Shown in pieces: positions 25,673 to 32,062 of a DNA stretch of 35,579 nt. The first letter of the stretch is position 1. Every line of letters begins with the position of its first letter. Position numbers and translations under genes: made by a program. Below the pieces are notes generated by a model. It was given only the letters and a program-made list of their open reading frames with translations, was not told the DNA's origin and searched no databases. Source of the stretch: an uncultured Anaerolineaceae bacterium (GTDB lineage: Bacteria > Chloroflexota > Anaerolineae > Anaerolineales > UBA4823); contig CAZAGA010000002.1 in assembly GCA_964484335.1 (NCBI GenBank), forward strand, positions 1 through 35,579, in the 5' to 3' direction.

Positions 25673-27136
25673 TCAAGCGACAAATTCCGGCAGTTGGTCC
25701 ATCCCAAACCGCCTGGCTGCCGAGAGGGTAATCTTTTTCAATTCCGAACGCAACTCGGGAGAGAGTGAATTCGGCTGGTAGCCTGCCAGGAGCTTTTCCA
25801 CCCGTTCAGCGGCGCGATCCGTGACCGATTTCGACCCTTTTTGCTGCCAGGCGTCATAGGAGCCGCGGTCGATCACCTCTGATGGCAGGTAAAGCTCCTT
25901 GCGGAACCATTTGCGGGTGTGCGGCAGGGCCAGGTAATCGCTGCGGTGGCCCATCGATTGCATCACATCCAGGGCAATCGGATGCTCGCGAATCTCGATC
26001 CCTGTAGCCATACGCTTGCTCAACCCAATAATCTCGGCGTCAATCACCAATTTTTCGTAGCTGAGGCAGGTTTCAAAATCCAGCATCCCGGCGCCGGAGA
26101 TCATATTCGCTCCAATTAAGGCAGCGGTCATTGCACCGCCCATCGACTCCAAGCCGCACTGGCTATCCACCAGTTTCGCGTCGCTCATTCCCATATAGAC
26201 ATGGGTTGGTAAGTCGAGTGCCTTGCCAACCTGGACATATCCAGCGTCGATCAACCAGGTCTCGGCCGCGCCCATAGGCGTCGTCCCTTCCCGCATATCA
26301 AAGGCCGCCGGGGATCCCCCCCAAACGATCGGGGCGCCAGCCTGGGCAAGCTGGTGGATGACGACCCCGCTCAGGCATTCGGCGGTATGCTGGACTACCG
26401 CCGCGGAGAGCGTCACCGGGGAGGTTGCGCCAGAGAGCGGCATCGAAACCAGCTCAGCTGGGATGCCGGTTCGGGCACAGTCGATTAAATTCTGACAGGT
26501 CAGGTCGCTCCATAACAGCGGCGGCGAGGGGCAGACATCGAAAACCGCCAACGGCTGGGCGGCTAAGGCTTCAGAGCTGCCGCGCACCGCCATGAGCAAC
26601 TCACGCATGGTCCACCAGGTATCCTTGCGGAATGCGCCGGTCACAATCGGCTTGCGCATGAAATTCAGGGCCAGAAATAGCCGGTACAGGTCGCCGATCT
26701 CCTCGGCTACATCGCTACATACCATTGAAGTACTCTGGGCATCAATTTGGGGCAGGATTTCAACCAGCTTCACCCAACGAATATAGTCCTCCGTCAGAGG
26801 AGGCCGTTGCAGGCCAGTATTGACATCCAGGATCGAGATCCCGGCCGATCCCGGGTCGAATGCGATCGCATCGCCGCCATAGTGCACAACTGGTTGGTTG
26901 TCGAGGTCATAAAGATCAAAAGCGGCCGGGGCGGTCATCAGCGCCTGGCGGACCAGGTCTTCCGGAATGCAAGCGACCTGGCGATCGAAATCGACCTGTG
27001 CACCGGCCTGAGCCAGCAGATCAAGCGCCTCCTGGTTATGAACGCGCACACCCGGGTTCACCAATAGTTCGATCCCTTCCTGGATAATCTGCTTTACCGT
27101 GCTTTCATCAAATACTCTTAAGGTTGGGCGAAACAT
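25673..27136 (-). CDS. MttB-superfamily methyltransferase, uninterrupted (non-pyrrolysine) paralogue 1
   Basis: About 487 aa from ATG 27136 (MFRPTLRVFDESTVKQIIQEGIELL), preceded by AGGAGA. The track start at 27166 would overlap the upstream gene. Shared MttB landmarks are listed under paralogue 2. Confidence 0.8.
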   Translation of the reverse strand: MFRPTLRVFDESTVKQIIQEGIELLVNPGVRVHNQEALDLLAQAGAQVDFDRQVACIPEDLVRQALMTAPAAFDLYDLDNQPVVHYGGDAIAFDPGSAGISILDVNTGLQRPPLTEDYIRWVKLVEILPQIDAQSTSMVCSDVAEEIGDLYRLFLALNFMRKPIVTGAFRKDTWWTMRELLMAVRGSSEALAAQPLAVFDVCPSPPLLWSDLTCQNLIDCARTGIPAELVSMPLSGATSPVTLSAAVVQHTAECLSGVVIHQLAQAGAPIVWGGSPAAFDMREGTTPMGAAETWLIDAGYVQVGKALDLPTHVYMGMSDAKLVDSQCGLESMGGAMTAALIGANMISGAGMLDFETCLSYEKLVIDAEIIGLSKRMATGIEIREHPIALDVMQSMGHRSDYLALPHTRKWFRKELYLPSEVIDRGSYDAWQQKGSKSVTDRAAERVEKLLAGYQPNSLSPELRSELKKITLSAARRFGMDQLPEFVA

Positions 27137-27146
27137 GTCTTCTCCT

Positions 27147-29846
27147 TTAGACTGGGTTTTGACCAAATCGCTGAAGCGAATCTTCGGTCTGGCGAAAATG
27201 ATATTCGATTTCTAATTCGCTAAAGATTTCCAGAGCTGCATTCAGATGCTCCCGGCCCTGTTGGAGCTCGCCGTGCTCCGCCAGAGCTGAACCGTATTCC
27301 CTCCTGCACCTGGCATACAGATAAAGATAATGCTTATCAGCCAGTAAATCAATAGCTCGCTTAAATTGGACCTGAGCGGCTTGCCAATCCCCAGCCTGGT
27401 TAAGAACAACCGCTCTGGCTAAGACAGTATAGGCTAACTCATACTGGTAATTCCTGTTCACAGCATACTGACAGGCTTTTTCAACAGCATCGATTGCCTG
27501 AGCGTGCAACTCAAGTCCAGAGAAGGCCAGCGCCAGGTCAGCATACTGGTAGCCAATGTTCCATTCTGCTTTGATCCTTTCCGCCAGCTCAATCGAGACC
27601 TGAAGGTGCTTGACTGCTTTCTGATACTCTTTTTTCATCAAGCAGATCGTGCCAAGACTCTGTTCTGCGAAGGCCTGGTCATCCAGGTTGCCATTCCGGC
27701 GAGCCAGTTCGATCGCTTTATGGGTGGTCTGTAAACCGCGATCGAAATCGCCAATCCGGATTAAATCGTCCACCATGTTCAAATAAAAAGTAGTACAGCG
27801 AGGGTTATGCTTTGCTTCCGCCAAGTCGATTGCTTTTGCGAACATAGGCAAGGAGTGGTTGAAGAAACCCCGGTTGCCGTAAGAAATTCCCATATTGTTG
27901 TAGATATCGAGAATCAGCTTGGTTAAGTCTTCGTGCTGCTGTTCGGTTTCTGCCACCTGACCAAGGATTTGGGCCCGAGTGAGGAGGTATGAAAGGTTCG
28001 GGATGACGGTCTCACAATCACCCTGCCGCTCACAAATATAGGCCAACAACTGCTCGGCATGAATTTCTCGATAGGATTTCTCGAAACTATTCGGCGCACC
28101 GGATAGGACATCCAAAGCCTGGTGATAGTATTTCGAAATCTGGTCAATTTCCAAGCCTTCTTCATCCGCAGTGTCGCCTAGTTTGATATTAATCTTTGAT
28201 AGAAAAAGCGGATCCAGATTTAGCTCCTCCGCCAAATCGAGGACAACATAATAAGGATCAAAGGCTTTTTTATATTCGCCCTGCTCAAAATAGGCATCAC
28301 CCAGGATCTCGTGGAAAACGATCTCGCGTTCTTTGAGGCCACGCTGCCCCAGGCGAGTAGCGACCTGTTCTTGGGCCAATACTTCCAATCCTGCAATACA
28401 CCAACGCCCTGCCTCTGCCCAATTGGCCTGGCTGAGCTCATGGCGGGCAGCTTTTAACGCGTTATCCATCGCATCCTGGTAGCGGCAGGCTTCGCGCGAG
28501 TGCTTGGCAATCAAGCCAGCTTTGGCTGGAATCGCCTGGTAAATATCTTTGAAGAATTCGGCCAGGCGAGCGTGCAGTAAACGGCGATAGCCCTTACTCA
28601 ATTGCTGATTGTAAATAAATTCCTGGAAGAAGGGGTGATGAAATTTATAATAATCCATCCAGTACCCGGTGGAAAGCTCAACAGGCCCTAATTCATCAAT
28701 AAACCGATAGCTCTTTTCGAGCTGGTTCAGGATGAGGTAAATTTGTTCGATATCTTTGCCACTAATACTGGCCAGGGTCTGAGCGGAAAATTCCTGACCA
28801 TCCACGGATGCATAGAGCAACATTTTCTGGAGCTCCTCGGGAAGGATGTGCAGGCGGGCTTCGACAACTTCCGAGATCGAGTGAAGGAATTGGAGCTCAA
28901 GCTGGTCATCTTTCCCAGAAAGATCCCAGGCCAATAGACCGCTGGCCGATATTTTCGGCAGAATTTTGCCATCATTCTCCCAGAGATTGAAGAGCTCACT
29001 GATAAAGAGCGGCTGCCCGCCAGTAAAGCCCTGAATTTTCTCAATCAAAGCGTCCGATAATTGAAGCCCAGGAAAACGCTCCTGGACATATTCCCTGACT
29101 TGAATGCCTTGCTCGAGGGTGATCTGCTGGCCAAACTGGTAACGTTCAATACCGGAGACTATTTCCTGGAAAACCTCAGCTTTGGCGTTGGTGACCTCCG
29201 CCGAGACTGTCCGGTAGGTCGTCAGGATCAGGATCGGCGCATCTTCAAGATTTCGGAGAAGGTGATAGATCAATCGGGCGGAAGAAATATCCGCCCAGTG
29301 GAGGTCATCGATAAAGATGACTACCACCCTTTTCGCTGCGATTTTTCGCAGAAGGTTAGAGAATTGCTCAAAGACGCTTGTCTGGGAAAAAATGTTGGGC
29401 CCGAGCATCTGGCCACCCGCTTCAATCGTTTTTACGGTTGCATCGGCGATCCCCAAGGTGACGATATCCAACCAGGCAGGCGCAACTTGTTTTATGAAGC
29501 CCAGCCAATTAGAAGAGATGATCCGAAGCTTTAGGCTTTGCTCGCCAAGCGATTTAGTAACCTGAGCGAAAGGATATAACCCATTCAGTTCTTCTTCAAG
29601 CGAACAAACCGCCCGGCCGATAATCGGCTTTTCCCGTTCCTTAATTTCCGGATTGGTTTCCTTATCCAGAATATCCACCAGAAACCTTTCCACCAGGTAG
29701 GTTTTGCCGGTGCCAAAATCTCCGTTAACCAGGGCAATGCGCGGCTTCTTATGCCGGATGACTTCCTGGTATAGACTCCGGAGCTGACTTAATTCTCGAT
29801 CCCTACCGATTAAGACGCCTTTCGAGCGGATGTTTTCCTGGAACAT
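27147..29846 (-). CDS. STAND-type P-loop ATPase (AAA_16-like) fused to a long TPR array, with no recognisable effector or DNA-binding domain
   Basis: 899 aa. LIGRDRELSQLRSLY...IALVNGDFGTGKTYLVERF (Walker A) and VVVIFIDDLHWAD (Walker B) fit the AAA_16 pattern. The C-terminal 450 aa or so are TPR-like repeats (AYFEQGEYKKAF, ICLMKKEYQKAVKHLQ and others). The TAA stop lies 10 nt before the MttB start. Confidence 0.7.
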   Translation of the reverse strand: MFQENIRSKGVLIGRDRELSQLRSLYQEVIRHKKPRIALVNGDFGTGKTYLVERFLVDILDKETNPEIKEREKPIIGRAVCSLEEELNGLYPFAQVTKSLGEQSLKLRIISSNWLGFIKQVAPAWLDIVTLGIADATVKTIEAGGQMLGPNIFSQTSVFEQFSNLLRKIAAKRVVVIFIDDLHWADISSARLIYHLLRNLEDAPILILTTYRTVSAEVTNAKAEVFQEIVSGIERYQFGQQITLEQGIQVREYVQERFPGLQLSDALIEKIQGFTGGQPLFISELFNLWENDGKILPKISASGLLAWDLSGKDDQLELQFLHSISEVVEARLHILPEELQKMLLYASVDGQEFSAQTLASISGKDIEQIYLILNQLEKSYRFIDELGPVELSTGYWMDYYKFHHPFFQEFIYNQQLSKGYRRLLHARLAEFFKDIYQAIPAKAGLIAKHSREACRYQDAMDNALKAARHELSQANWAEAGRWCIAGLEVLAQEQVATRLGQRGLKEREIVFHEILGDAYFEQGEYKKAFDPYYVVLDLAEELNLDPLFLSKINIKLGDTADEEGLEIDQISKYYHQALDVLSGAPNSFEKSYREIHAEQLLAYICERQGDCETVIPNLSYLLTRAQILGQVAETEQQHEDLTKLILDIYNNMGISYGNRGFFNHSLPMFAKAIDLAEAKHNPRCTTFYLNMVDDLIRIGDFDRGLQTTHKAIELARRNGNLDDQAFAEQSLGTICLMKKEYQKAVKHLQVSIELAERIKAEWNIGYQYADLALAFSGLELHAQAIDAVEKACQYAVNRNYQYELAYTVLARAVVLNQAGDWQAAQVQFKRAIDLLADKHYLYLYARCRREYGSALAEHGELQQGREHLNAALEIFSELEIEYHFRQTEDSLQRFGQNPV

Positions 29847-29876
29847 AAGCAGCTACTCCAAAATTGAGGTTAGTTG

Positions 29877-31088
29877 TTAATAGTCAAATTCAAGCGCCGG
29901 ACGATCTTCACGCGCTGCAGGGCCCGGCCCAACCCGGATATTCATTCGAGAGCCCGAAACCCGTCCAACCAGGTGGGCTTTGACATGATGATTAGAATAA
30001 GCGTAATCACTGCCGGCACGGCTGGAAACTAACCTATAAAAACCTTCCAGATGGTTCAGATCAATGGCCTTCGAGCTAAGCAAGCGATTGGTGCGAGCGA
30101 GCCTGGCTTCCAACAATCCGCGTGAAACAAGAGTTTTTTCTTCGTAATTTTCGGCCAGGCTGGATACCGGATCGCTGACCAGGTTAACCTGGAAAGCAAA
30201 ATCGCCTGGCTGTTGGCCAAGTTCCAAGCAGAGGTATTCAGTGGCCAGGAACTCGATCTTTCGGGCTTGCACCATTTTATCATCCCGCGAAACGGCAGAA
30301 ATGGCATATCCGTCCAAAAATGGCCCTAGCTGACCAACCACGTCTTCCAGGCTAGCCCGCTGTCCGAGTACCAGGGTTACCCAGCAGGCAATGTTGGCCA
30401 GGAGCGCTTTTTCGAGGTTCGCTTCGCGCATGTAAAGGAAATCAACCGCCTGAATGTAGCCATCCGTTCGCCAGCTAAAAGCAGAACCGGGGAGTAAATC
30501 TGGATAGATAAAAGAAACAAGCTCAGCACCAAGGGGCGACCAAGGCGAACGAAAGCGCATCATTCGCAGCTCATCGAAGCGCGAGCCATCCAGGTCGGAG
30601 TCTTCCTCAGTATGCCAGAGGACGACTGAGCCATCCTCCTGGCGATACATCCCCGTCTGGCAGCCCAGGGCGTCATTCTGCAATGCCATTCCAACAAGCA
30701 ACGAGAGCTTTCCAATTGGCAGACTGGTTGAGTTGGCAATCGCGGATTGCGCCAGGACAGCCTTGAGATCTGTCCCGGCGACCCACTGTTCAAGACAGGA
30801 CTGGTATGCCAGTAGCGCCTGGCAGATCAGTGGATCCAGGTAGGCGGCAGCGGTTTTCTCCACCAACGCGTCCACAATTGCTTGGGCAATGCAGATCCGC
30901 TCGAGAAAACCTTCTGGGCCCCAGCTCTCTAATTTTTGGAGTAGGATTTTTTCCACCGGCAGCTTCACCGCCTGGCCTAGGGCATAGTGAGCCGGCTCAA
31001 GTTCAAGGGTTCGGAAATCCAGAAACTTGACCGTTGAAAACCTGTTTCGAGCGCTAGCTATTTCGTCAAGCGGAGAGAAATAGGTCAT
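29877..31088 (-). CDS. Hypothetical protein; possible Ntn-hydrolase of the peptidase C45 / acyl-CoA:6-APA acyltransferase-like family (weak call)
   Basis: The 403-aa ORF is solid, and it is the first gene of the minus-strand array. The fold suggestion rests only on the spacing of NDALGCQTG (candidate nucleophile Cys after a pro-region of about 140 aa), GSVVLWHTEEDSD, IYPDLLPGSAFSWRTDGY and ASLEDVVGQL, read by eye. Confidence 0.4.
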   Translation of the reverse strand: MTYFSPLDEIASARNRFSTVKFLDFRTLELEPAHYALGQAVKLPVEKILLQKLESWGPEGFLERICIAQAIVDALVEKTAAAYLDPLICQALLAYQSCLEQWVAGTDLKAVLAQSAIANSTSLPIGKLSLLVGMALQNDALGCQTGMYRQEDGSVVLWHTEEDSDLDGSRFDELRMMRFRSPWSPLGAELVSFIYPDLLPGSAFSWRTDGYIQAVDFLYMREANLEKALLANIACWVTLVLGQRASLEDVVGQLGPFLDGYAISAVSRDDKMVQARKIEFLATEYLCLELGQQPGDFAFQVNLVSDPVSSLAENYEEKTLVSRGLLEARLARTNRLLSSKAIDLNHLEGFYRLVSSRAGSDYAYSNHHVKAHLVGRVSGSRMNIRVGPGPAAREDRPALEFDY

Positions 31089-31132
31089 CCTGCATCCTGG
31101 AATGTCAATAGCGGGAGATATGGAACATAAAT

Positions 31133-31160
31133 AGTATAATCCAGATTAATAATCAGGCAA
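31133..31160 (-). promoter_or_regulatory. Sigma70-type promoter candidate for the 11-gene minus-strand array
   Basis: On the minus strand: TTGCCT (31160-31155), 16-nt spacer, TATACT (31138-31133), about 45 nt upstream of ATG 31088. Confidence 0.5.
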
Positions 31161-31190
31161 ATCCGAAGTCTGACCTTTTTATTCGGGTAT

Positions 31191-31206
31191 TGGCAACAAA
31201 TTTGCA
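31191..31206 (+). promoter_or_regulatory. Sigma54 (-24/-12)-like element
   Basis: TGGCAAC-AAAT-TTGCA matches the consensus TGGCACG-N4-TTGCW with correct GG-N10-GC spacing. It is intergenic, 44 nt upstream of ATG 31250. Confidence 0.3.
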
Positions 31207-31249
31207 ACGAGGTGCACAGTCGTGTGTTATCGGTTTGAAAAGGAATGGC

Positions 31250-32062
31250 ATGCCTAGACTACTCGACGAAACAGGTCAAATGATTCTCACCCACCGGGGG
31301 CGCTCCTTCAGCCGGCGGGATTTGTGGTGGCTGCTATCCTGCTTGGTGTTGATTTGTGCCGGGCTGGGCCTGGGTTTCTGGCAAATCGCACTTTTACGCC
31401 CCCGCTACGGGCTGCTGGCCAGCTACTACCGAGTCGAGGTATGGTTCCTGATGGCCTACTTTTTTCTTTTGATCCTGTTAGCCAGTTTTATCTACCGGAT
31501 TAGTACCGGGCGAAGATTTTTCTCCATCTATGAAAATGGCCTACGCTGGCGGATCAAAGGATTTCGAGTTCACCAAGCCAGTTTTGATCAAATTACTGGC
31601 ATTGCCGCAGCAGAGACAGAGCATAGATTTCTGGGAAAAGCGATCCAAAATGATTACCAATCAGTAATCTATTTGAAAGATGGCCGGGTGGTCGAACTGG
31701 ATAGCCGGTTAGAGAATCTGCCAGAGCTGGTCAGAGCGATAAAAAACCAGTTTTATCCCAAAATCTACCCAACTTTGTTGCAAGAATTCAAAGCCGGTCG
31801 CCAGCTTCAATTTGGCCCCCTGGCAGTACAAAATGGCTCCCTGCAAGTGGCCAAAGGGGTTCCTGCCAGTGTGTTCCTGGCAGAACCACCCAAGCCCAAA
31901 GGGATGAGAAGCCTGCCGTTCTCAGAAATAGTCGACCTGGCAGTCCATTCTGGATACCTGGTGGTTAAATCGGGCCATTCTAAGACGAAACGGATTCCGG
32001 TTTCCCAGATTCCAAATTTTGAGATCCTGCTCAAACTCGTTGAGCAAGGGGTAAACGCATGA
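31250..32062 (+). CDS. Hypothetical membrane protein (two TM helices plus soluble C-terminal region)
   Basis: ATG 31250 (MPRLLDETGQ) is preferred to the TTG at 31190, which lies inside the sigma54-like element. TM segments are LWWLLSCLVLICAGLGLGFWQIALL and VWFLMAYFFLLILLASFIY. The stop overlaps the next start (ATGA, 32059-32062). Confidence 0.6.
   Translation: MPRLLDETGQMILTHRGRSFSRRDLWWLLSCLVLICAGLGLGFWQIALLRPRYGLLASYYRVEVWFLMAYFFLLILLASFIYRISTGRRFFSIYENGLRWRIKGFRVHQASFDQITGIAAAETEHRFLGKAIQNDYQSVIYLKDGRVVELDSRLENLPELVRAIKNQFYPKIYPTLLQEFKAGRQLQFGPLAVQNGSLQVAKGVPASVFLAEPPKPKGMRSLPFSEIVDLAVHSGYLVVKSGHSKTKRIPVSQIPNFEILLKLVEQGVNA

Noticed and set aside
23475-27136. Possibility of in-frame amber (pyrrolysine) codons in the MttB-family genes.
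   Set aside because: Both ORFs are full length (about 486 aa) and uninterrupted in the six-frame track. No pylTSBCD-like genes or tRNA are in the window, so these are non-Pyl members.
27147-29846. STAND ATPase considered as the missing reductive activase (RamA/RACo-like) for the corrinoid protein.
   Set aside because: Known activases are ASKHA-fold ATPases with Fe-S cluster Cys motifs. This protein is a P-loop AAA_16-type ATPase with TPR repeats and no CxxC clusters.
31135-31140. Perfect TATAAT on the plus strand in the divergent intergenic region.
   Set aside because: There is no acceptable -35 or TG extension at the right spacing on the plus strand. The same AT-rich stretch serves as the -10 (TATACT) of a much better minus-strand promoter with TTGCCT at 16-nt spacing.
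503-31250. Extended non-ATG starts in the ORF track (503, 1479, 8690, 10692, 12836, 27166, 31190).
   Set aside because: In each case an internal ATG has a Shine-Dalgarno-like sequence at proper spacing, or it removes an overlap with an upstream gene, terminator or promoter. I therefore used 527, 1530, 8708, 10725, 12944, 27136 and 31250.
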